36,944 nt of DNA from Capsulimonadales bacterium (GTDB taxonomy: Bacteria; Armatimonadota; Armatimonadia; Armatimonadales; Armatimonadaceae): assembly GCA_033762295.1 (NCBI GenBank), contig JANRLW010000110.1, positions 1 through 36,944 on the forward strand, given 5' to 3'. The position numbers were made by a program, and so were the translations under genes. Positions 1-7,990 of this stretch are shown here, in pieces (position 1 is the stretch's first letter; the number at the start of each line of letters is the position of its first letter). The notes below the pieces were generated by a model. It was given only the letters and a program-made list of their open reading frames with translations, had not been told where the DNA came from and searched no databases.

Positions 1-102
1 GACGATGACGGCGCCCACATGCCGACGGGGGCAGGTCGCCCGTGTCGCGACGACACGGGCTATCTGCATGAAATACTCATCCCACGATGGCCGCGTTTCC
101 AT
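1..102 (-). CDS. dCMP deaminase / ComEB-family cytidine deaminase, N-terminal part (runs off window start)
   Basis: Not in ORF track. Manual translation from ATG at 102 gives [34 protein letters not shown], the typical dCMP deaminase N-terminus. The ATG directly abuts the glyA TAG. Confidence 0.85.
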   Translation of the reverse strand, partial: METRPSWDEYFMQIARVVATRATCPRRHVGAVIV

Positions 103-1398
103 CTACGCCGGAAGCGGGAAACGATCGCAAAGGGTTTTGACCTCCCGGCGGATCGCGGAAAGCGCCATCTCATCGCTTTTGCTCGTCAGAGCGCGATCGA
201 TCAGTTCGGCGATGGTCGGCATTTCAGCCTCGGTCATTCCCCGTGTGGTGACGGCGGGGGTACCCAGGCGCAGACCGGAGGTCACGAACGGTTTCGCCGT
301 GTCATAGGGGACCAGGTTCTTGTTGGTGGTGATCCCCGCTTCGTCCAGAGTCGACTGGGCGGTCTTTCCGGTCAGGTTTTTGGGCCGCAGGTCAAGCAGC
401 ATCAGGTGGTTGTCGGTGCCGTCGGCCACCAGCCGGTACCCGGTCGTCCGCATTGCGGATGCCAGCGCGGCGGCATTCTTCCGGATCTGCGCCTGATAGG
501 CCCGGAATCCGGGTTCCGTCGCTTCTTTGAAGGAGACCGCCTTGGCCGCGATAACGTGCATCAACGGACCGCCCTGCATTCCGGGGAAGACCGCTTTGTC
601 GATCTCTTTCGCCCATCGCTCCCGGCAGAGAATCAGTCCGCCGCGCGGTCCGCGAAGGGTTTTATGGGTGGTCGTCGTAACGATGTCCGCATAAGGAAGG
701 GGGGAGGGGTGCTCGCCCGCCGCGACCAGACCGGCGATATGCGCCATATCCACCCAGAAAACGGCGTTCACCGCGTCGGCGATCTCGCGCATCCGGGCCC
801 AGTCGATCAGGCGCGGATAGACGGTCGCGCCCCCGAGAAGCACCTTCGGCTTGTGCTGCATCGCCAGATCGTACATCCGATCGTAGTCGATGAACTCGTC
901 CTCTCTTCGGACTCCGTAGTGGACGGCATTATAAAGGAGGCCGGAGAAGTTGACCGGCGAGCCATGGGTCAGATGCCCGCCCTGAGCCAGGTCCAGCCCC
1001 AGATAGGTGTCGCCCGGCTTCATCGTCGCAAAGAAGACGGCCATGTTGGCGTTCGCGCCGGAGTGCGGCTGAACGTTGGCGTGATCCGCGCCGAACAGCG
1101 TCTTCGCCCGATCGATCGCCAGCTGCTCGACGACATCGACAAACTCGCAGCCACCGTAGTAACGTTTTCCGGGATAGCCTTCGGCGTATTTGTTGGTCAG
1201 CGACGACCCCTGTGCCTCACGAACCGCGCGGGAGACGATATTCTCGCTGGCGATCAACTCCAGCTTGTCCGCCTGACGACCGTCCTCATCACGGATCGCC
1301 GCGTACACCTCCGGGTCCGCCTCCGAGAGGGGCGCTCCGAGCCCGACGACCGTCTTCTCGGTCGGAATGCCCGGAAGGTCCTTTTCCAACATTGCCAT
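103..1398 (-). CDS. glyA: Serine hydroxymethyltransferase
   Basis: Motifs [42 protein letters not shown]. Start placed at ATG 1398 after SD AAGGAG (1408-1413). Confidence 0.97.
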   Translation of the reverse strand: MAMLEKDLPGIPTEKTVVGLGAPLSEADPEVYAAIRDEDGRQADKLELIASENIVSRAVREAQGSSLTNKYAEGYPGKRYYGGCEFVDVVEQLAIDRAKTLFGADHANVQPHSGANANMAVFFATMKPGDTYLGLDLAQGGHLTHGSPVNFSGLLYNAVHYGVRREDEFIDYDRMYDLAMQHKPKVLLGGATVYPRLIDWARMREIADAVNAVFWVDMAHIAGLVAAGEHPSPLPYADIVTTTTHKTLRGPRGGLILCRERWAKEIDKAVFPGMQGGPLMHVIAAKAVSFKEATEPGFRAYQAQIRKNAAALASAMRTTGYRLVADGTDNHLMLLDLRPKNLTGKTAQSTLDEAGITTNKNLVPYDTAKPFVTSGLRLGTPAVTTRGMTEAEMPTIAELIDRALTSKSDEMALSAIRREVKTLCDRFPLPA

Positions 1399-1431
1399 GA
1401 AGCAATACTCCTTCAATTCCTGTAGCCATAC

Positions 1432-1461
1432 ATTTTAACACGCGCGGAAGTGTGGTCGCAA
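1432..1461 (-). promoter_or_regulatory. Sigma70-type promoter for glyA (TTGCGA-18-TAAAAT, extended -10 TG)
   Basis: Minus strand reads TTGCGA ccacacttccgcgcgtgt TAAAAT, about 35 nt upstream of the glyA start. Confidence 0.55.
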
Positions 1462-1533
1462 TCCGTCCCCGACGGGCCATGACCGGCCCGGACACCGCCG
1501 GAAAGGCGGGTGACGGCGACGACCGGACCTGGC

Positions 1534-1959
1534 TCAGGCGGAAGGCGGAGGAACGACGCCGAGGGTCAGGAGGATGTTGGCGTAGATGCGCTGCTCGCCG
1601 GTGGCGATGACCAGAGCGACATCGGTGCCGCGCGCCGTTTCATAGAACGCGAACCGTTCGATCGGTTGCAGCGGAAGGCCGGGCAGAAGTTCCGCGAACT
1701 CGTCCCAGATCGCCGGGCGGGAACCGTCGGCGGTCGCCATCACGTGCGCCGCCTCGATCGGGATCGCGTCCGCCACGACCCGGAGAACGTCGGTCGCGTT
1801 GACCAGTCCCGGCGCGAGGTTCAAAAAGACCCGCTTTGCCGCGAAGTGGGAACCGGTCGTGTGCGGGTAGTTGCCATCGGAAATCAGCACGCGGGAGCCG
1901 TGGCCGGCGGAGGCGAGGGTCGCCAGAATCTCCGGATGCAAAAGGGTGGTTTTCAGCAT
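1534..1959 (-). CDS. RbsD/FucU family sugar pyranase/mutarotase
   Basis: MLKTTLLHPEILATLASAGHGSRVLISDGNYP...ERFAFYE...IATGEQRIYANILL matches RbsD/FucU signatures. Confidence 0.9.
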   Translation of the reverse strand: MLKTTLLHPEILATLASAGHGSRVLISDGNYPHTTGSHFAAKRVFLNLAPGLVNATDVLRVVADAIPIEAAHVMATADGSRPAIWDEFAELLPGLPLQPIERFAFYETARGTDVALVIATGEQRIYANILLTLGVVPPPSA

Positions 1960-2837
1960 TATCCGTCCTCCGAATCATCAAGATCATCGAGATCGTCGAG
2001 GTCGTCGAAATCCTCGTCGTGGATCAGGTCGTCAGGTGAGTCGTCCTCCCGTGCGGACAACAGGCCGACCGCACGCGGCGGAAGTTTGGCCAGCCGCTTT
2101 TCATACTGATCGGAGGCGACCAGACAGGCGGTCAGCCAGGGAATGGCGGCGGCATACCCGGCCAGAACATCCGACGGGTAGTGAACGCCAAGGTAGACCC
2201 GGCTTGCGCCGATCAGACTGATGGCCTGGGACGCCAGAACGATTCCCAGAAATCGTTCGCGCCAATCCGAATGGGATCGAACCCACCAGTTTGCCAGAAT
2301 CCCGTAAAAGGTGAGGGAAATAAAGGCGTGGCCGGATGGGAAGGAGAACGTGCCCTCGGTGGCCAGCGCCTCGATCAGGGTCGGTCGCTCCCGCGCGTAT
2401 CGGGTCTTCATTCCGCCGATGATCAGTCCGCCGCCGGAAAGGGCGACCGCCAGCAGAATGCCTCGGGGCCGCTGTCGGGGGAACCGTAAGGAGATAAGTA
2501 GCGCAATCAGTCCGATCGCCGACATCATATCGAGACGCGCGAGATTCGACGCCGTTTTCATGAGCGCGGTACGGCGCGGATTGCGTAAGGCAAGCGCCAT
2601 CTTCAGGCCGTCATGATCGAAGTGCCAGACGCCGTCCTGCTGGCGGATATCATCGGCCAGGTTCAGGAAAAAGGCGACGGCTCCGGCGGAAACCGCCGCG
2701 CCCAGCGCGACCGGGGTAATGATAAACGGCGCGGCGGGCGCGATATACTTGCGAACGCGCCGACCCACTTTACGGGCGAGCGTCGACGCGAACTCTCTTC
2801 CCCTACGTCCGAATACCATCTGCAAGTAGAGTCCCAT
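1959..2837 (-). CDS. PAP2-family membrane phosphatase with acidic C-terminal tail
   Basis: PAP2 motifs KTRYARERP, FSFPSGH, SRVYLGVHYPSD, with several TM segments. Confidence 0.9.
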   Translation of the reverse strand: MGLYLQMVFGRRGREFASTLARKVGRRVRKYIAPAAPFIITPVALGAAVSAGAVAFFLNLADDIRQQDGVWHFDHDGLKMALALRNPRRTALMKTASNLARLDMMSAIGLIALLISLRFPRQRPRGILLAVALSGGGLIIGGMKTRYARERPTLIEALATEGTFSFPSGHAFISLTFYGILANWWVRSHSDWRERFLGIVLASQAISLIGASRVYLGVHYPSDVLAGYAAAIPWLTACLVASDQYEKRLAKLPPRAVGLLSAREDDSPDDLIHDEDFDDLDDLDDLDDSEDG

Positions 2838-2926
2838 TTGCGGAATCCGGTTCCGACTGCTTTGAATTTCGACACCGCCCGTGGCCGGTTCCTGCCATCG
2901 CCGCCAAAAATCGATACAATAGCCCT

Positions 2927-3163
2927 ATGAACGATCAGGAGTTTGATATCGTCCGCGCGGCGGTTTGGATCGTCGGAGTTCCGATCATCGTCGTCCTGCT
3001 GGTCAGCATCGTACGGCGGACACGCGCCATCACCCGGCGAATCGCCGAACTGCGGGAGGAGGAAAAGCGGGGCATGAAAGACCCCTACGCCCGGATGGCT
3101 GCGCTGTACGAACAGCAGGAAGCCCGGGAGACCCTCGAACGCGCCGGACGCGGACGCGTATAG
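2927..3163 (+). CDS. Small single-pass membrane protein with coiled-coil-like tail, probably leaderless
   Basis: One hydrophobic helix followed by a charged helical segment. A CTGCCA-17-TACAAT promoter ends 6 nt before the ATG. Confidence 0.7.
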   Translation: MNDQEFDIVRAAVWIVGVPIIVVLLVSIVRRTRAITRRIAELREEEKRGMKDPYARMAALYEQQEARETLERAGRGRV

Positions 3164-3353
3164 GCGATCCCAACCGCGATCATCCTGCGGAACCCCTCCG
3201 CTTCGCCTGGAAGGATCGCTCCGGCATCGTATTTTATCGTTTGGATGGATCGTGCGACCGTTTTTTTTGTCGGCTGGTGTTTTTGCCAGTATGATGAAGC
3301 GTCCTGTAATATAACGGGCGACCGACTGACTCCGGGAGTAAGGAGAAACGGGC

Positions 3354-4520
3354 ATGAATCCGCCGAAAAATTACAGTTTTCTGGTATTCGTCGCATTTAT
3401 TGTCTTGATGGGGTGTATCATCCTGGGCACCCTGGTGGCACGCCTGTCCGGGAAAAGCGAAGGACCCGTGATGGCAGGGGCCGTCTCGCAGGATCGCGAC
3501 GGAGCGATACCACCGCTGGAACCGCCGCCTGTCCGGATCGCCTCCACGCCGGACGGGAAGGGGGCGTCGGTGCCTTCGCCGTCCGGAAAGGGAACGGAGT
3601 TTGATACCGCAGTGGCCCTGTCCTCGACGGAGATCGCCCGGGGAGTTCCGGTCAATGTCGACGTCCGGGTGATTTGCCGGAAAGGTCGGTTGAAGGACGC
3701 CATCGTTGATCTGGAAATCTACTCGCCCGACGGAAAGAAAATCCATCAGGATTTCACGAACCTTCCCGCCCTGAGTAAGGGGGAGAAAGAGAACGTAAAC
3801 TTTGTCTGGGTGCCAACCAGACCGGGCAAGTACAGTATTCGCACCGGGATCTTCGATTCGGCCTGGACCAACAAGCACTGGAACCCGACAGCGGCATCGG
3901 TCACCGTGACAGGCCCGGTCGGCGCAAAAGTGTCGGAGAACGAGAGTCTTACCCTGCCGTCACCCGATGCCGTGGTTTTCGCCGATGATGTCGCCTCCGG
4001 ATGGCGGACGGAAGGGTGGGCGGATGAGATCAACCCGAGCGACACCTTCTACCAGGAAGGGAAACAGTCGCTTTCCGTGAAAAGCAACGGTCCTTTCAAA
4101 GGGATTCAATTCACCTCCGTTACCTTCGAACCGGCCCCGTACGATCGTCTGGTCTTCTATCTGCACGGCGGATTGCTCGGGGGACAGCGTCTGCGGGCTT
4201 CGGGCAAGGTAAATATCGACGGCAATTTCGAAGGGCGAAAGGGCGTCTTTCTCGCGCCGCTGGCCGCGAAACGTTGGCAGCCGGTCGTCATTCCCCTCAA
4301 AATGCTCGGTTACGAAGACGCCCGAAGAGGGGTGTCGTTTTTCGTCATGGACAACCAGGCGAAGCCGTTTCAGATCTGGATGGATAACGTTTATTTCCTC
4401 AAACCCGGGGAGAAAGCCCCGTCCCGGTCGCTGCCGATTCGCCAGATGAGTTACGGCACCGGGCAGGAGTCGACCGTCCTCGATAACCAGCCCAAACCGC
4501 TGGTGGACCCCGGAGGTTAA
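3354..4520 (+). CDS. Membrane-anchored protein with Ig-like domain and C-terminal carbohydrate-binding-module-like domain
   Basis: SD AAGGAG, N-terminal TM, Pro/Ser linker, beta-rich Ig-like segment (PGKYSIRTGIFDSAW), then jelly-roll-like GW..W / LVFYLHGG / WQPVVIPL / IWMDNVYF pattern. Confidence 0.7.
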   Translation: MNPPKNYSFLVFVAFIVLMGCIILGTLVARLSGKSEGPVMAGAVSQDRDGAIPPLEPPPVRIASTPDGKGASVPSPSGKGTEFDTAVALSSTEIARGVPVNVDVRVICRKGRLKDAIVDLEIYSPDGKKIHQDFTNLPALSKGEKENVNFVWVPTRPGKYSIRTGIFDSAWTNKHWNPTAASVTVTGPVGAKVSENESLTLPSPDAVVFADDVASGWRTEGWADEINPSDTFYQEGKQSLSVKSNGPFKGIQFTSVTFEPAPYDRLVFYLHGGLLGGQRLRASGKVNIDGNFEGRKGVFLAPLAAKRWQPVVIPLKMLGYEDARRGVSFFVMDNQAKPFQIWMDNVYFLKPGEKAPSRSLPIRQMSYGTGQESTVLDNQPKPLVDPGG

Positions 4521-4534
4521 CGGACCGGGAGAGG

Positions 4535-5779
4535 TCAAAGACGAACGTACCAGCGCCTGCGGTGGAAAATCAGGAGAACGATCCACCAGACCCCGATGTA
4601 CAGAACGGTGTACGCCCAACCGCCGTTCCACCGGCCGAGCTGACCGTAGAGAAGATCGCGCAGCGCCTGGTCCGCGGTTTGCGTCGGCGATATTGGGATT
4701 TGCCGGAGCGCCAGTTCACGGAAGATAATCGGGGCGGCATAGGCGAGGATGGCGTTGGAACCGAAGACCGTCAGGGGGAAAGCCAGGAACCGCGTTCGTC
4801 CGCGCCAGACGGGATGATCGAGCAACAGGTAGAGAAACCCGAGCAGCATCAGACCCAGGCCCCCGGTGTACAGAATGTAGGACGGCGTCCACAACGGCTT
4901 ATTGAACGGCAGGGCGTTTTGCCAGAGATAGCCGGTCAGAGCGATTGCCGTCCCGCCGACGAACATGCCGGTGAGACGCTGTCCGTCGGTGCGTTCCGGT
5001 CGCCGGATCAGGTCGCCGAAAACCGATCCCAGAAGCGTCATACCGCCAGCCGGGATGATCGACAGAACGCCTTTCAGCCCGATCGGTTCCAGCAGGGAAT
5101 CGTGCAGCACGCGGATGGCGTTGCCTGCCTCGGTGAAACGTCCGGTCTCCTCGGCGGTCGGGAAGTACAGCAGGAGTGAGGCGTAGGCGCAAAGAAAAAG
5201 GGCCGACAGGAGAACCCGCGCCCCGGCCGGCACCAGCACCCCCAGCGCGCCGATAAAAGAGGCGAACCCGATCAACTGAAGGACGCTCATGCCGATGACG
5301 ACGTGCCGGGCGACGACGCTTTCCAGCAGGCACCCGAGGAGGAAAAGTCCGACCGTTCGCCCCATCGCTTTGTACAGCCACGGACCGACCCGCCGTTCTT
5401 TCCGACGGAACGAAGCCAGCGAGAACGGCAGCGAGACGCCGACGATGAGCAGAAACCAGGGGAAAACCAGGTCGGCGAAATGCACCGCGCCGGACCATTC
5501 GGCGTGCAGCAACTGTTTCGGCGTCGCCGTATCCAGAGCGATATTGTTGACCAGCAGCATACCGAAGACAGTCATTCCCCGGAACATATCGAGTGAGACC
5601 AGGCGTTGAACCGGGGGGACGGTGTCCGGAGGGCTCGGAGGGTTCGGAGCGACCACGGACATTTGAATCGTCGGTTCGTACCCGTCCGGCGATTCGGCGG
5701 AGTTCCCATAGGGAGACGAATCCTCCTGTCGGAGGGGGGGCGTCTCCCTGTCGGCTGAATCGTTGCCTGACTGCCTCAT
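4535..5779 (-). CDS. HGSNAT/NagX-like (DUF5009-type) membrane acyltransferase
   Basis: RLVSLDMFRGMTVFGMLLVNN, HAEWSG..FADLVFPWFLLIVG, PFNKPLWTPSY, FGSNAI, with multiple TMs. Start codon uncertain. Confidence 0.88.
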   Translation of the reverse strand: MRQSGNDSADRETPPLRQEDSSPYGNSAESPDGYEPTIQMSVVAPNPPSPPDTVPPVQRLVSLDMFRGMTVFGMLLVNNIALDTATPKQLLHAEWSGAVHFADLVFPWFLLIVGVSLPFSLASFRRKERRVGPWLYKAMGRTVGLFLLGCLLESVVARHVVIGMSVLQLIGFASFIGALGVLVPAGARVLLSALFLCAYASLLLYFPTAEETGRFTEAGNAIRVLHDSLLEPIGLKGVLSIIPAGGMTLLGSVFGDLIRRPERTDGQRLTGMFVGGTAIALTGYLWQNALPFNKPLWTPSYILYTGGLGLMLLGFLYLLLDHPVWRGRTRFLAFPLTVFGSNAILAYAAPIIFRELALRQIPISPTQTADQALRDLLYGQLGRWNGGWAYTVLYIGVWWIVLLIFHRRRWYVRL

Positions 5780-5825
5780 CGTGCGCTTCGAGGTCCGGTA
5801 CCGCGATTCGGAAGAGGAGGGGCGG

Positions 5826-7916
5826 TTACGCGCCCCGGAAATCGCCGCCCAGCGTCGTCAATGCCTGTCGAACCGCGGCAAGAGCGGCGTCCACGTCGCT
5901 GTCCTTCAGCGTTCGCTCGGACGAACGGAAGGTAAATCGCAGGGTCAGCGACCGTTTCCCCTCCGGAAGGTTGGCTCCGGTGTAGACGTCAGTCAGTCGG
6001 AACGATTCAAGCAGGGGACCGGCCGCCGTGATGGCCGCCTTTTCGATCGTTCCGAAATCGATTTCCGATCCGAAAACGGGTGCCAGGTCGCGCACGATCG
6101 CCGGGAACTTCGGCACCTGGGTCCAGCCGATGCGAATATCGCCCGCCCGGCGCATCAACACCTCGCCATCCAGATCGAAAACGTAGGTCCGGCGCGGAAG
6201 ATCGTGGGCCTCGACGGTTTGTTCGGACAGTTCGCCGACGAAACCGATCGCTTCCTCGCCGAGAAGAACGGTGGCGGTTCGACCGGGATGGGTTCCGGGA
6301 ATCGCGCCCCGCGTGAAGACCGCCCCTTCGATGCCCAGGCGGTGCAGCAGGTCCTCGACCGTTCCCTTCACGAAATAGAAATCGGCGGGCAGCGCGTCCG
6401 GCTTGATCGACCAGGCGGCGGGCATCGCCGATCCGGCGCACAACCCGGCGATACGGACCGGCTCCTCAAAACCACCGTCCGTCGTACGGTAAACCGCCCC
6501 GACCTCGAAGATCGCGCCATCGCGCAGACCATCCCGAAAGGCGCGGGCTGCCGTCGCCATCAGGTTCGGAAGAAGGGACGTGCGGAGGACGGCGTACTCC
6601 GGCGCGAGGGGGGCGCGCAGGAAGATCCGGTGATCCGTTTCCTCCGGAAGAAACACCGCCGAGGGGGCGACCAGCGAATGGGTATGCAGTTCCTGCCAGC
6701 CGGATTCGACCAGCGAACGTCGCACCGCGTTCTTGAACCGACCGAGGGGCGAATCGCTACCCTGCGGGTTCAAAACCGGCGGCGGGGTCGCCGGGAGGTT
6801 TTCATACCCGAGCGCGATCCGGCCGACCTCCTCGGCGATATCGTCCTCGATGGTCAGGTCGGGCCGCCAGGAGGGAATACCGCAATCGAGGGCGTTCGCG
6901 GACCGTTCGACGATCAGCCCGAGCCGTTCCAGTGCGGAAATCGCTTCCTCACGGTCGACATCGGCTCCCAGCAGTTCGCGAATCCGGTCCATACGGGCCA
7001 GCACGCGCCCCGGGGGCGTTTTTCGCGCGACCACGTCGATCAGCCCCGGAAGCGCCTCACCCCCGGCGCACTCGACAATCAGTCGGGCGGCCCGCTCGGC
7101 GGCGATCGGCACCAGTGTCGGATCGACATAGCGTTCGAAACGATAACTGGCTTCGGTTTTCAAGCCGAGCCGTTTGCTCGTTCGCCGGACGGACAGCGGG
7201 TCGAAGTGCGCGGATTCCAGAAGAATGTTCACTGTTCGGTCGGAGATTTCGGTTTCCGCGCCCCCCATAATGCCGGCAATGGCGATCGGACGATCCCGGT
7301 CGCAGATACAGAGCATACCGGGCAGGAGTTTGCGCGGCGTCTCCTCCTCCAGCTGATCCAGCGTCTTGATGGTTTCGCCGGGCCGTGCCGGTCGGACGAT
7401 CACCTGTCGACCGGCGAGGGTGTCCAGATCGAACGCGTGCAGCGGTTGACCGAGTTCGAGCATGACATAGTTCGTGATGTCGGCGACGTTGTTGATCGGG
7501 CGATACTTCTCGCCCAGAGCGGCCGAGAGTCGATCCTGAAGCCATTGCGGCGTCGGTCCGATCTTGACGCCGCGAAGGATTTTGGCGGCGTAGCGCGGGC
7601 AGTGATCGGCGTCCTCGATCGTGACGGTCGGCTGATCCTCCCCTTTCTGCCAGGGGCCGGTTTCGAGCGGAGCCGGTGCGTGGCGCGGCGCGGGGAGGGA
7701 GAGGGCGGCGGCGGCTTCGCGCGCGGTGCCGAACACGGATGCCCAGTCGCCCCGGTTGGGAGTGATTTTGGTGTAGAGGGTGGGGCCGACCGGCGTTTCC
7801 AGTATCTCCTCGACCTCCAGACCGACCATCGTCAGCTTATCGCAGAACGCCTCCAGCGCGGGTCCGTCCTCGGGCACCGGCACAAATTCACGCAGCCAAA
7901 CCGCAGGGATTCGCAT
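5826..7916 (-). CDS. pheT: Phenylalanine-tRNA ligase beta subunit, lacking the B2 OB-fold
   Basis: Motifs ITPNRGD, INNVADITNYVMLELGQPLHAFD, LLESAHF, RPDL..EDDIAEEV, C-terminal FDX-ACB (FPAIVRDLA...RTLKD). Real start is ATG 7916 with SD GGAG. The longer ORF to 8270 overlaps the helicase. Confidence 0.95.
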   Translation of the reverse strand: MRIPAVWLREFVPVPEDGPALEAFCDKLTMVGLEVEEILETPVGPTLYTKITPNRGDWASVFGTAREAAAALSLPAPRHAPAPLETGPWQKGEDQPTVTIEDADHCPRYAAKILRGVKIGPTPQWLQDRLSAALGEKYRPINNVADITNYVMLELGQPLHAFDLDTLAGRQVIVRPARPGETIKTLDQLEEETPRKLLPGMLCICDRDRPIAIAGIMGGAETEISDRTVNILLESAHFDPLSVRRTSKRLGLKTEASYRFERYVDPTLVPIAAERAARLIVECAGGEALPGLIDVVARKTPPGRVLARMDRIRELLGADVDREEAISALERLGLIVERSANALDCGIPSWRPDLTIEDDIAEEVGRIALGYENLPATPPPVLNPQGSDSPLGRFKNAVRRSLVESGWQELHTHSLVAPSAVFLPEETDHRIFLRAPLAPEYAVLRTSLLPNLMATAARAFRDGLRDGAIFEVGAVYRTTDGGFEEPVRIAGLCAGSAMPAAWSIKPDALPADFYFVKGTVEDLLHRLGIEGAVFTRGAIPGTHPGRTATVLLGEEAIGFVGELSEQTVEAHDLPRRTYVFDLDGEVLMRRAGDIRIGWTQVPKFPAIVRDLAPVFGSEIDFGTIEKAAITAAGPLLESFRLTDVYTGANLPEGKRSLTLRFTFRSSERTLKDSDVDAALAAVRQALTTLGGDFRGA

Positions 7917-7990
7917 CACAACTCCGACAGGGAAATTTCGGCTAATTGTACCATGCGAGGAGCGAGACGCTGCGGACGTTCGGAAGGCGT

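Noticed and set aside
19..1425. 468-aa plus-strand ORF (likewise 5763..8234, 8615..10462, 11954..13228, 14480..16486, 22237..23988, 25478..26521, 27185..28321)
   Set aside because: These are antisense shadows of well-supported genes. High-GC codon bias depletes stops on the opposite strand, and the translations show no family motifs (except the last about 35 aa of 8615..10462, treated as a pseudogene relic).
1400..1530. ZTP riboswitch upstream of glyA
   Set aside because: No pfl-motif consensus is visible, and the promoter lies only about 35 nt from the start codon.
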